Shown in pieces: positions 20,991-30,497 of a stretch of DNA of 64,000 nt; positions within the stretch are counted from its first letter, which is position 1; every line of letters begins with the position of its first letter. This DNA comes from an uncultured Verrucomicrobiae bacterium. Its GTDB lineage: Bacteria; Verrucomicrobiota; Verrucomicrobiia; Limisphaerales; UBA11358. Location of the stretch: the NCBI GenBank assembly GCA_963827205.1, contig CAWHAH010000004.1, positions 192,241-256,240 on the forward strand, in the 5' to 3' direction. A program made the translations under genes and the position numbers. Below the pieces are notes generated by a model. That model made no database searches and was not told where the DNA came from. It saw only the letters and a list, made by a program, of their open reading frames with translations.

Positions 20991-21031
20991 GCGTAAACAC
21001 TTATTCCACTGAAAACGCCGAGGAAGCCGCG

Positions 21032-23635
21032 TTATTCCCGGCTGCCGTTGGATCCATTTTTACGTTCCCAGCGGCGCTGGCGTTCGGGCAGGCTCGCGTC
21101 CACTTTCGCGTAGTAGGTTTCCTCGCCGAACAATTGATTGGCCGCCTGCTCCAGTTCCATGGACGGCGTGACACTGAAGCGTTCGTTGGTGTCCACGAAG
21201 ACGTTTCCGCCGCCGGGTTGCATGAAGCACAGCAACAATGGACATTTGCCCGAATGCGCCGCCACCAGTTCGCGCACGGCGTCGAGATGTTCCGGTTTCA
21301 AGTGCGCGGTGTGCAGGCGCAAATGGACCTGTTTGGTGAACCGTTTCGGCGCGTCTTCCAGCGGCAGGATTTCCTGCGGGAATATTTTCGGCTTTTCGTC
21401 GCCGGTGTTCACTTCGCCGATGACGAGGATGGCCCGATTAGGTTTGAGTAATTCACGATATTTTTCGTAATTCTCGTTCATGCACAGCACCTGCACGGAG
21501 CCTTCGAGGTCTTCGAGCGTGATCATCGAGTACGGCTTACCGCTCTTTTTCGACACGCCGTTTTGCACCGCGGCAATCAATCCGCCGATGCGCGTGAGGC
21601 TGCGATTCGGCAGTTCCGCGAGCCTGGCGGTGTTGGCCAGCGCGTATTTTTCGAGGATCGGCGCGAAGGGCGTCAGCGGATGGCCGGTGACGTAAAAACC
21701 GAGCAGTTCCTTTTCGTGCGCGAGCAGTTCGTGCTGCGGCCATTCGGGCAGATTGCTGATGGCTTCGGGCATCGGCGGCGCTTTTTCCTCCAACGCGCCA
21801 AACAGCGAGCTTTGCCCCTTCTGTTTGTCGGACAAAATGCTCGCCGCGCGGGCGAGCGTGCGCTCGATTTGCGCGAACAGCGTGGCGCGCGTCTGGCCGA
21901 AGGCATCGCACGCGCCGGATTTGATAAGGGCTTCAAGGATTTTCCGGTTCACCGTCCGACCGTCCACGCGTTCGCACAAATCCGAAAGCGACGTGAATTT
22001 TCCGCCGTCGCTCCGCGCCTTGAGAATCGTTTCCACGGCGACTTCGCCGACGCCTTTGATGGCGGCCAGGCCGAAGCGGATGGCTTGCCCCTCACCCCGG
22101 CCCTCTCCCCGTCCGACGGGGAGAGGGTGGCCGGAGGCCGGGTGAGGGGAAGATTTCGCTGGCGTGAAGTAAACGCCGCTTTCATTCACATCCGGCTGCA
22201 AAACCTCGATGCCGAACTCGCGCGCCTCGTTGATGTACTGGCTTAACTTGGCGGTGTCCGCCATGTCGTTGGTCATCATCGCGCAGAAAAATTCGACCGG
22301 ATAATTCGCCTTCAGATAGGCGGTCTGATACGCGACGATGGCATAAGCCGCGGCGTGCGATTTGTTGAAGCCGTAACCGGCGAACTTTTCCAGCAAATCG
22401 AAAATATCGTTCGCCTTCGCCTCGGGGATGTGATTTTTCTCCTTGCAACCCTTGACGAAAACGGCGCGTTGCTTGGCCATTTCCTGGGGCTTCTTTTTGC
22501 CCATCGCGCGCCGGAGCAGGTCGGCGCCGCCGAGCGTGTAGCCCGCCAGCACCTGCGCGGCTTGCATCACCTGCTCCTGGTAAATCAAAATGCCATAAGT
22601 CTCGCGGGCAATCGGTTCGAGCAACGGATGCTCGTATTCAATCTTCACTTCGCCCTGCCGGCGCCGGATGAATTCGGGTATCAGTTCCATCGGGCCGGGC
22701 CGGTAAAGCGCCACCAGCGCCGTGATGTGTTCGATGGAGCTGATCTGGAATTTACGGCACAAATCGCGCATCCCGCCGGATTCCAACTGGAACACGCCGA
22801 GCGTTTCCGCCTTGTTCAACAGGTCGTAAGTCTTCGCGTCGTCGAGCGGCAGATGGTCAATGTCAATTTCAACGCCGTGGGTGCGTTTGACCATTTCGCA
22901 CGCGTTGCGGATGACCGTGAGCGTTTTCAGGCCGAGAAAATCCATTTTCAGCAGGCCGAGATCGCCGACGGGGTTCATGGCGTATTGGGTGACGAGCGTG
23001 CCGCTTTCGTCCTGTTTGAGCGGGAGCAGATTCACGAGCGGCTGGTCGCCGATGACGACGCCGGCGGCGTGTACGCTCGCGTTGCGCGCGAGGTCCTCGA
23101 GCACGAGCGCCGTGTCAATGAGTTCATGCGTGACGTCCTCGCCCTCGTAGGCCTCCTTGAGTTCGGGTGATTGCTTGAGCGCTTTTTCCAGCGTCATCTT
23201 CAAATCGAACGGAATCATCTTCGCCAGCCGGTCGCATTCGCCATAGCTCAAGCCCATCACGCGGCCCACATCGCGCACCACGCTTTTTGCGCCCATCGTG
23301 CCGAAGGTGATGATTTGGGCAACGGAATCGCGCCCGTATTTCTCGCGGACATATTCGATGACGTCGGCGCGGCGATCGTCGGCAAAGTCAATGTCAATGT
23401 CCGGCGGATTAACGCGTTCAGGATTCAGGAAACGCTCGAACAGCAGGCCGTAGCGGATCGGGTCCACGTTCGAGATTTCCAGCAGGTAAGTGACAATCGA
23501 ACCGGCGGCGGAACCGCGCGCCACGCAGGCGATGCCATGCTGGTGACCGTAGCGGATAAAATCACCGACGATGAGGAAGTAACTGATGAACCCGGTTTTC
23601 TCAATCACGGTCAGTTCATGCTTGAGGCGATCCAT
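21032..23635 (-). CDS. dnaE: DNA polymerase III alpha subunit, C-terminal 867-aa fragment (frame broken from the N-terminal part)
   Basis: [70 protein letters not shown] is the canonical DnaE palm region. The frame is open upstream only to TAA at 23738-23740. Confidence 0.92.
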   Translation of the reverse strand: MDRLKHELTVIEKTGFISYFLIVGDFIRYGHQHGIACVARGSAAGSIVTYLLEISNVDPIRYGLLFERFLNPERVNPPDIDIDFADDRRADVIEYVREKYGRDSVAQIITFGTMGAKSVVRDVGRVMGLSYGECDRLAKMIPFDLKMTLEKALKQSPELKEAYEGEDVTHELIDTALVLEDLARNASVHAAGVVIGDQPLVNLLPLKQDESGTLVTQYAMNPVGDLGLLKMDFLGLKTLTVIRNACEMVKRTHGVEIDIDHLPLDDAKTYDLLNKAETLGVFQLESGGMRDLCRKFQISSIEHITALVALYRPGPMELIPEFIRRRQGEVKIEYEHPLLEPIARETYGILIYQEQVMQAAQVLAGYTLGGADLLRRAMGKKKPQEMAKQRAVFVKGCKEKNHIPEAKANDIFDLLEKFAGYGFNKSHAAAYAIVAYQTAYLKANYPVEFFCAMMTNDMADTAKLSQYINEAREFGIEVLQPDVNESGVYFTPAKSSPHPASGHPLPVGRGEGRGEGQAIRFGLAAIKGVGEVAVETILKARSDGGKFTSLSDLCERVDGRTVNRKILEALIKSGACDAFGQTRATLFAQIERTLARAASILSDKQKGQSSLFGALEEKAPPMPEAISNLPEWPQHELLAHEKELLGFYVTGHPLTPFAPILEKYALANTARLAELPNRSLTRIGGLIAAVQNGVSKKSGKPYSMITLEDLEGSVQVLCMNENYEKYRELLKPNRAILVIGEVNTGDEKPKIFPQEILPLEDAPKRFTKQVHLRLHTAHLKPEHLDAVRELVAAHSGKCPLLLCFMQPGGGNVFVDTNERFSVTPSMELEQAANQLFGEETYYAKVDASLPERQRRWERKNGSNGSRE
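22088..22149. repeat. GC-rich palindromic element inserted in frame inside dnaE
   Basis: cccctcaccccggccctctccccgtc cgac ggggagagggtggccggaggccgggtgagggg. Translated on the minus strand as [23 protein letters not shown]. It belongs to the same family as 20641 and 23690. Confidence 0.7.
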
Positions 23636-24852
23636 GATGACCTTGACGGCGGCGGCGATTTCCGGATTTTGAAGATTGTTGATTGGCTCGCCCTCACCCT
23701 GACCCTCTCCCCGGGGAGAGGGGACAGCGATTGCGCGTTAGTCTTATTATCTGCAACTCCCGATTCGCCTGCCGTCGGCGAATTATCCTCCCTCTCCCTG
23801 GGGGAGAGGGCCGGGGTGAGGGGTTCGTTCGCCTGATACGTCGGCAGCCGCGCCGGGTCATCAATGCCTTCGACGATGAATTCCTTGCCCTCGATATTGG
23901 CGTGAATGGTGTAACGGCGGAACAATCCTTCGGCCAGCCATTGCCGCAAATAACCCTCGCGCGTGAAATGTTCCGGCGGATGAAAAACCGGGTAGTGCAG
24001 CTTGCCGAACTCGATTTCTACGTTACATCGTTCCGCCACCTCCAGAGTGTTTTTTACCGCCTCCGGCGTGTCGGCAAAACGCGCCTTCATTTCCTCCGCC
24101 GGGCGCAGGTAAAACTGCTCCGGTTCGTAGCGCAGCCGTTTCGTGTCAGCGAGTTGCGTCTGGGTGCCGATGCAAATCAGGCAATCGTGCGCGTGCGAAT
24201 GGCTTTTCTCGATGTAATGAACATCGTTCGTGGCGACGAGCTTCAGGCCGAATTCCTTCGCCCATTGAATCAAATGGCGGTTCACTTTTGCCTGTTCCGC
24301 AATGCCGTGGTTTTGCAGTTCGAGATAAAAATTATCCGGGCCGAGCGTTTGTTTGAACCAATCCACTGTTTCGCGCGCCTTGTCCAACTGGTCTTTCGTG
24401 ATCAAATCGGGAATCTCGCTGGCGAGACAGCCGGACATGGCGATGAGGCCGTTCTTGTGCGCAGCGAGCAGTTCTTTGTCTATGCGCGGCTTATAATAAT
24501 AACCGGTGAGATGGGCTTCGGTCGTCAGCTTGATGAGATTTTTGTAGCCGGTCGCGTCCCTGGCGAGCAAACCGAGATGATGATAAACATCGCGCCCACC
24601 GCTGGTGGTTTTCTTCTCCAACCGGCTGCCCGGTGCGACATACACCTCGCAGCCGATGATGGGTTTGATGCCTTTCTCGCGCGCGGCCTGGTAAAAATCA
24701 ATCGCGCCGTAGAGCACCCCGTGGTCGGTGATGGCGAGTGCGGGGAACTTCAATTGATGGGCCTTGTCCACCAGCCGGTCCAGCCGGCAGGCGCCATCGA
24801 GCAGCGAATACTCGGTGTGCAAATGGAGATGAACAAAGTCCGCGTGCGACAT
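23611..24852 (-). CDS. dnaE: DNA polymerase III alpha subunit, N-terminal PHP-domain fragment (413 aa including translated repeat)
   Basis: MSHADFVHLHLHTEYSLLDGACRLDRLV...ALAITDHGVLYGAIDFYQAAREKGIKPIIGCE is the PHP domain. The last ~65 aa ([18 protein letters not shown]...[17 protein letters not shown]) are translated element plus out-of-frame dnaE. Confidence 0.92.
   Translation of the reverse strand: MSHADFVHLHLHTEYSLLDGACRLDRLVDKAHQLKFPALAITDHGVLYGAIDFYQAAREKGIKPIIGCEVYVAPGSRLEKKTTSGGRDVYHHLGLLARDATGYKNLIKLTTEAHLTGYYYKPRIDKELLAAHKNGLIAMSGCLASEIPDLITKDQLDKARETVDWFKQTLGPDNFYLELQNHGIAEQAKVNRHLIQWAKEFGLKLVATNDVHYIEKSHSHAHDCLICIGTQTQLADTKRLRYEPEQFYLRPAEEMKARFADTPEAVKNTLEVAERCNVEIEFGKLHYPVFHPPEHFTREGYLRQWLAEGLFRRYTIHANIEGKEFIVEGIDDPARLPTYQANEPLTPALSPREREDNSPTAGESGVADNKTNAQSLSPLPGERVRVRASQSTIFKIRKSPPPSRSSWIASSMN
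23690..23823. repeat. 134-nt composite palindromic (MITE/RPE-like) element inside dnaE at the frame break
   Basis: Outer inverted ends ccctcaccc / gggtgaggg. Two inner perfect palindromes: ccctctccccggggagaggg (23703-23722) and ccctctccctgggggagaggg. The ~65-nt core has lower GC. 134 nt is not a multiple of 3. Confidence 0.7.
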
Positions 24853-24953
24853 AAACGCAGTTTAACTTTTCACCGCTAGGACACCAAGACACAAAGTTTT
24901 GGACAAAATTGATTTACCTTGCGCGAGACTTTCTTGAGACCGAAGCAATCGTT

Positions 24954-25958
24954 TTATTCCTGATCCGTGACGGAGTCGTGGAACTTGAGGATGTCGCCTT
25001 TCTCGCCTTTCAGTTCAGCTTCCTTGAATTTGATGGCCGTGCGCGGATGCTGGTTCAACATGCCGGTGAGCAGATACGGCAGGTCATAACCCCACAACAG
25101 TTTCGCGCGCATCGGTTCGATATGGTGCTGCACGCAGTCGAGCACGGGGCGCAATTTGAATTTCGGGTTGTGCAGGAAGGCGAGCAGCAGTTCCATCGGG
25201 CAATTGCCCGCGCCGCGGCCAAGGCCGGCCATGGTGGCGTCGAGGAAGTTCGCGCCTTCGATGATGCCTTCGATGGTGTTGGCGTAGGCGAGTTGCATGT
25301 TGTTGTGCATGTGCACGCCCACTTCCTTGCCCGACGCCTTGCAGTGATTCAGATATTTCCGCACCAGAGCATGAATCCGCTCGCTGTAAAGCGCGCCGAA
25401 ACTGTCCACGACGTAAACCACCCTGGCCTCGGAAGCGGCCAGCATTTCCAGCCCTTCGTCCAGTTCGCTCTCCGGCACGGTGGAAACGGCCATGAGATTG
25501 ACGGTCGTCTCGTAACCCTTGTCGTGCGCGTCCTTGACCATGTCGAGCGCGGTCGGAATCTGGTTGATGTAAGTCGCCACGCGGATCATGTCCAGGACGC
25601 TGTCCTTCTTCGGCAGAATATCTTCATGGTAATCGCAACGTTCGGCGTCGGCCATGACGGAAAGTTTCAGGCTGGTCGGGTTGTCGCCCACGATGCGGCG
25701 CAGGTCGTCTTCGAGGCAGTATTTCCAGCAGCCGAATTCGCCGGCCTTGATGTTTTTGCGCGACGCTTTGTAACCGAGTTCCATATAATCAATGCCCGCG
25801 GCGACGCACGCGTCGTACACCACCTTTACGATCTTGTCGTCGAAGTGGTGGTTGTTCATCAGGCCGCCGTCGCGGATGGTGCAGTCGAGCACCTTGATTT
25901 CGGGCCGGAACGAGAGCCAGCGGCTGGTGGCCGTGTCTTTGGTCTTTGTTGCTTTCAT
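24954..25958 (-). CDS. HMGL-like aldolase / pyruvate carboxyltransferase-domain protein (DRE-TIM)
   Basis: KVLDCTIRDGGLMNNHHF, GIDYMELGY, VGVHMHNNMQLAYANT and GLGRGAGNCPMELL match the 4-hydroxy-2-oxovalerate aldolase / HMG-CoA lyase-type metal site. Confidence 0.85.
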   Translation of the reverse strand: MKATKTKDTATSRWLSFRPEIKVLDCTIRDGGLMNNHHFDDKIVKVVYDACVAAGIDYMELGYKASRKNIKAGEFGCWKYCLEDDLRRIVGDNPTSLKLSVMADAERCDYHEDILPKKDSVLDMIRVATYINQIPTALDMVKDAHDKGYETTVNLMAVSTVPESELDEGLEMLAASEARVVYVVDSFGALYSERIHALVRKYLNHCKASGKEVGVHMHNNMQLAYANTIEGIIEGANFLDATMAGLGRGAGNCPMELLLAFLHNPKFKLRPVLDCVQHHIEPMRAKLLWGYDLPYLLTGMLNQHPRTAIKFKEAELKGEKGDILKFHDSVTDQE

Positions 25959-27201
25959 AATTTCTGATCAATCCGGGACGAGCCGGGACAAGGGTATTAT
26001 TCGCAGAATTCGTGATAAATGGACAGAAAAAACTCGCCGGCGCCGGCGACGCTTTTTGCCATGAACCGGGACAAGAACGGGCGATGTTTGCCTGCTGGCG
26101 GAAAAAATCCTGGATCACCTCCGCTACCCGCAAGAGTTGTTTGTCGGTCAATTCCGGATAAATCGGCAAACTCAGGCACTCGTGCGCGGCCTTTTCGGCG
26201 ACGGGAAAATCGCCGGGTTTATGGCCGAGATTCGCATAGCATTTCTGCAAATGCAATGGCATCGGATAATGCAGCGCGCAACCGATGCCGTTGGCTTCGA
26301 GATATTTTTTCAAATCATCGCGGCGCGGATGGCGCACAACGTAAAGATGCCACGCGCTCTGCGCGTAATCCGCTTCGCGCGGTAATTGCAGCGGCGTGTC
26401 AGACAACAATTCGTGATAGCGATGCGCGACGCGGCGACGTTCGTTCGTCCATTTCGTCAAATGTTTCAGCTTCACTCCCAGCGTTGCGCCCTGAATGCCT
26501 TCCATGCGGTAATTGTAGCCAATTTCGTCATGGTAATAACGCACGGTGGAGCCGTGCTCGCGCAGTGAACGCGCGCGAGCGGCAAATGCCGCATTGTTAG
26601 TGACGAGCGCGCCGCCTTCGCCGCAGGCGCCGAGGTTTTTGCCAGGATAAAAGCTGAAACAGGAAATCTCGCCGGACGTGCCGACGATTTTGCCTTTGTA
26701 TTTTGCGCCGTGCGCCTGCGCCGCGTCTTCGACCAGCGGCAGTTTATGCTTGCGGCAAACGGCCAAAATCGCGTCCACGTCAAAGGGATGGCCGTAGAGA
26801 TGCACGGGCATGACGGCTTTGGTGCGCCGCGTGATGGCCCGTTCAATGAGCTTCGGGTCGAGATTGAACGTGGCGTCATCAATATCCACATAGACCGGGT
26901 TCGCCCCGACATAGGAAATCGCCCAACTGGTGGCCACGAACGTGAACGGCGTGGTGATAACTTCGTCGCCGGGGCCAACGCCGAGCAACAGCATGGCCAC
27001 GTGCAACGCCGAGGTGCCGCTGTTGAAACCGACGCAATGTTCCGCGCCGACAAATCGGGCAAAGTCTTTTTCAAATTGCGTCACGTCCGGTCCCAGGCAG
27101 AAGGAGCACTGGTCAATGGTGCGCGCGATGGCGGCGTCAAGGTCCTTGCGGACATTCCGCAATTGGGCCGGCAGGTCGAGATAGGGAATTGGGTCAGCCA
27201 T
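25789..27201 (-). CDS. DegT/DnrJ/EryC1/StrS-family sugar aminotransferase with an anomalous ~100-aa C-terminal tail
   Basis: GFNSGTSALHVAM, DAAQAHGAKY and SCFSFYPGKNLGACGEGG (PLP lysine region). The domain ends near ...VAEVIQDFFRQQ (~26090). There is no in-frame stop until 25789, which gives a 170-nt overlap with the aldolase gene. Confidence 0.88.
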   Translation of the reverse strand: MADPIPYLDLPAQLRNVRKDLDAAIARTIDQCSFCLGPDVTQFEKDFARFVGAEHCVGFNSGTSALHVAMLLLGVGPGDEVITTPFTFVATSWAISYVGANPVYVDIDDATFNLDPKLIERAITRRTKAVMPVHLYGHPFDVDAILAVCRKHKLPLVEDAAQAHGAKYKGKIVGTSGEISCFSFYPGKNLGACGEGGALVTNNAAFAARARSLREHGSTVRYYHDEIGYNYRMEGIQGATLGVKLKHLTKWTNERRRVAHRYHELLSDTPLQLPREADYAQSAWHLYVVRHPRRDDLKKYLEANGIGCALHYPMPLHLQKCYANLGHKPGDFPVAEKAAHECLSLPIYPELTDKQLLRVAEVIQDFFRQQANIARSCPGSWQKASPAPASFFCPFITNSANNTLVPARPGLIRNYESNKDQRHGHQPLALVPARNQGARLHHPRRRPDEQPPLRRQDRKGGVRRVRRRGH

Positions 27202-27294
27202 TTCGAAGAAAAAATAGTGTGTCCGCGCAGATTTGAACAGTCGCAAATTTGCGTGGCGGCTATCTTGCCGGCCAAATCATCCCCTGTTCTTCGC

Positions 27295-28326
27295 TTAACG
27301 GCCAATCTTGCCGGCAACGCCCAGAATCCGGTCAAGTCTTTGCAGGACCTGATACGGCTGGATGGACTCCATGCACGGATGAGCCTCTTGACAGATCGAG
27401 GAATCCAAGAACTTGGTGTCGCAGACGCAGGAACCGCCGACAATCACTTGTTCTTTCTGGTAGATTGGAGCGGTGTGAAGGAGTGAATCTCCGACGGCAT
27501 ACAACCCAATTACGGGAACGCCTAAAGCAGCGGCAAAATGAAGCGGCCCTGTGTCTCCGGCGACAACTAATTTGGCCCGCTTCAAGATTGCCAGAAAAAG
27601 CCGGAGATCAGGTGTTGGGGGCAGGGCAACAATTTCCGGTTCCCTAGCCTTAAGTTCATCCAACAGCGCGCGTTCCCGGTTACTGGTTCCCGATGAAAAA
27701 GCGAGCGCATGTCCCGCCGATGCGGCCAGACGGTAAAATTCCGCCCAATGGGACACAGGCCATTCTTTTTTGGGCTGCGAGGTTGCCAGATGGCAGATGA
27801 CTCTGGCGTCCGGCAAAAGACCAGTGGCCTTGCCAGACAACTCCGGGTCGGCGTATATCTCCAGACGCGTGGACTTGGGCGGCGGGATTCGGCAGGCGGA
27901 TAAGAGTTCGACGTGGCGGCGCACCCAGGAATCCGGCAGGGTTTCCGCGGGAACGATTTGAGTGTAGCAAATTTTTCTTCCCCACCGCTGCTCTTGTTCA
28001 AGCGCGCCCAGCCGCTCACGTGCGCCGCATAAGAGACTCAGAATCGCGCCGCGATCGTTGCCGACAAAATCCACGGAGAAATCAAAGCGTTCGCGGCGCA
28101 AGGCCCGGATGATCGGCCAGGATTCGCGAATCCGCGCTTTGCCGCGCGTGCGCGGCATCGGCCATACTTTTGTCAACCATGGCAAATGTTCGAGCACCGG
28201 AACCGCTTCTGCGGCCACCAGCACGTGAAGTTCGCATTCCGGCTGGTGCTCTCTCAGCGCCCGCAGCGCGGGAACCAGGAAGACCGCGTCACCAAGGTAT
28301 TTGAACTGAATGGCGAGAATTTTCAT
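27295..28326 (-). CDS. Glycosyltransferase family 9 (LPS heptosyltransferase-like)
   Basis: MKILAIQFKYLGDAVFLVPALRAL start and C-terminal VVAGDTGPLHFAAALGVPVIGLY. Confidence 0.9.
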   Translation of the reverse strand: MKILAIQFKYLGDAVFLVPALRALREHQPECELHVLVAAEAVPVLEHLPWLTKVWPMPRTRGKARIRESWPIIRALRRERFDFSVDFVGNDRGAILSLLCGARERLGALEQEQRWGRKICYTQIVPAETLPDSWVRRHVELLSACRIPPPKSTRLEIYADPELSGKATGLLPDARVICHLATSQPKKEWPVSHWAEFYRLAASAGHALAFSSGTSNRERALLDELKAREPEIVALPPTPDLRLFLAILKRAKLVVAGDTGPLHFAAALGVPVIGLYAVGDSLLHTAPIYQKEQVIVGGSCVCDTKFLDSSICQEAHPCMESIQPYQVLQRLDRILGVAGKIGR

Positions 28327-28416
28327 AAGTGGCACAGGCATCTTGCCTGTTCGCTGCCATCATTTTTGTCGCGCAACATCAAGTTCAACACACAGGCGAG
28401 CCGCCTGTGCCACTAC

Positions 28417-30240
28417 TCACGACGAGAATTGCAACTCGTAAAGTTTTTGATAAATGCCGCCCCGCCGGACGAGTTCCGCGTGTTTGCCGGTCTCGACAAC
28501 GCGCCCTTGGTCAAGCACGACAATCACGTCCGCGTTGAAAATGGTGGAAAGCCGGTGCGCGATGCACAACGTCGTGCGACCCTTCATCAATTCGTCGAGC
28601 GCGGCCTGCACCGCGCGTTCGGACTCCGTGTCCAGCGCGCTGGTGGCTTCGTCGAGGACCAGAATTGGCGCGTTTTTCAGCATGGCGCGGGCGATGGCGA
28701 GGCGCTGCCGCTGGCCGCCGGAAAGCATCACACCTTTCTCGCCAATCACCGTGTCGAAGCCCTGCGGTTTCTCCATGATGAAATCATAGGCGTAAGCATG
28801 CCTGGCGGCGGTGATAATTTCTTCGTTCGTTGCGCCCGGGCGGCCCATCTCGATGTTCCGGCAGATGGTGTCGTTGAACAAAATGGTTTCCTGGGTGACG
28901 ACGGCGATCTGGTTGCGCAGGTCGCGCGTGGCCACTTCGCGGATGTCCACGTCGCCGATGCGGACGGCGCCCCGGGCCGGGTCGTAGAACCGTAGCAGCA
29001 GATTCGCCACCGTCGTTTTGCCGGCACCGCTGGAACCGACGAGCGCAACAAGCTGGCCGGGATGAATCCGCAGGTCAATGTCGCGCAGCACGGGCTTGTC
29101 GCCGTAGGCAAAATCCACGTGCTCGAAATGGATGTCAGCGCCGGTGGCCTTGAGCGGCCGGGGTTGTGCCGGTTCGGGGACGCTGGTTTGCGTGGCCAGA
29201 AGTTCAAAGACCCGTTCGCTCGATGCACGGGCCTGGGCGAGCTGATTGTAGAGGCGCGAGAGATTCTTGATTGGCGGGTACATCAAAAAAACGCTCAAGA
29301 TAACCTGGACAAAATCACTGGTGCTGGGACGGGCTTGGGTGAGATAGATCAAATACAACAACGCCAGCGCCACGCCCAAGGCTCCCAAAAAATCAATGAT
29401 CGGCCCCGAAATTTCGTTGGCGCGGATGATGCGCATATATTGGCTGACCGCCTTGTGCGCCGTGTTGCGAAACTCGGAAGCGACGACGTTTTCGAGATTG
29501 TAGGCCTTGACAATGCGATGACCGGTGAAGGCCTCGGCCATGACCTGCATCAAGCCGGCGGTTTGCGTCTGCATCTCGCGGCTGGACCGGCGAACTTTGC
29601 GGTTGTAAACGGACAGGGGAATCAGGCAAAACGGCAGGACAATCAACGAGAGCAAGGTCAGTTTTCGCGTCTCCGGCCGGTACAACAACAGGGCCAGCAC
29701 GCTGACCAACGTGACCGGGTCACGGATGATGACCGAGGTGGCGCCGCTCAAAACGCTTTGCAGCGCGGAGGTGTCGCTCATGATGCGCGAGATGAGTTCG
29801 CCGCTGCGGTTTTTGGTGAAAAAACCAGCGGAAAGATTCAGCAGATGCGAAAAGAGGCGCACGCGAATGTCGGTAATGGTGCGGATGGCCGTCCATTGCA
29901 GAAAATAGACGTTCAGGTAGGCAAACAAGCCCCGTAAAAACATGACCAACGGGATCAAGGCCACGAGGGCAATCACGGCGCCAGGGTGCTGATGCAGTCC
30001 CTGCCCCATCGCCTCGCGCGCGTCGTGAAACCATTGCGTCATAATGGCGGGCATGCCCGGCAGCGGTTTTTCCGGCCCGGCGGTGTTGGCCGATGGAAAG
30101 ATGACGCTGCATACAAACGTGATCGTGGCGATCATCAATGGCGCCATCAGACCGCTGACGATGCCCGTGAGCACGCCGAGAAAGAGCCGCGCGCGGTAGG
30201 GCCGGGCCAGACCCCAGACTTTGAACAGGAATTCTATCAT
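28417..30240 (-). CDS. msbA: ABC transporter permease/ATPase fusion, MsbA-like lipid A / lipid flippase
   Basis: Six-TM N-terminal domain plus an NBD with GSSGAGKTT, LSGGQRQRLAIARAM and ILVLDEATSALD. Sits next to GT9 genes. Confidence 0.88.
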   Translation of the reverse strand: MIEFLFKVWGLARPYRARLFLGVLTGIVSGLMAPLMIATITFVCSVIFPSANTAGPEKPLPGMPAIMTQWFHDAREAMGQGLHQHPGAVIALVALIPLVMFLRGLFAYLNVYFLQWTAIRTITDIRVRLFSHLLNLSAGFFTKNRSGELISRIMSDTSALQSVLSGATSVIIRDPVTLVSVLALLLYRPETRKLTLLSLIVLPFCLIPLSVYNRKVRRSSREMQTQTAGLMQVMAEAFTGHRIVKAYNLENVVASEFRNTAHKAVSQYMRIIRANEISGPIIDFLGALGVALALLYLIYLTQARPSTSDFVQVILSVFLMYPPIKNLSRLYNQLAQARASSERVFELLATQTSVPEPAQPRPLKATGADIHFEHVDFAYGDKPVLRDIDLRIHPGQLVALVGSSGAGKTTVANLLLRFYDPARGAVRIGDVDIREVATRDLRNQIAVVTQETILFNDTICRNIEMGRPGATNEEIITAARHAYAYDFIMEKPQGFDTVIGEKGVMLSGGQRQRLAIARAMLKNAPILVLDEATSALDTESERAVQAALDELMKGRTTLCIAHRLSTIFNADVIVVLDQGRVVETGKHAELVRRGGIYQKLYELQFSS

Positions 30241-30497
30241 TCGACACCGTTATTGTTGGCGGTCGGCAGAAGAAAGCGAGAATTTTTCTGCGGGTACGCC
30301 GATGGTGTGCCCATGCGGTTTGCACCGTTAGAAGCAATCCGTCTTTACAGGCACCGGCGGGTCATTTATTGGTTCGCTCATCATGTCCTTGAATCGAGGC
30401 GGCCTTCATCGGCAAGACCCGTCTTTTACGACGTCTTGAAACGGGCGGAGGACGCCGGCCGCAAGGAGACTCGATTGGGCGACAAAGCTGGTTCACG

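Noticed and set aside
23611-23740. Programmed ribosomal frameshifting in dnaE, by analogy with dnaX.
   Set aside because: No slippery heptamer of the A AAA AAG type is present in the permitted window. dnaE is not known to be recoded. The shift coincides with a hairpin-rich element containing C4/G4 runs, where sequencing errors are likely.
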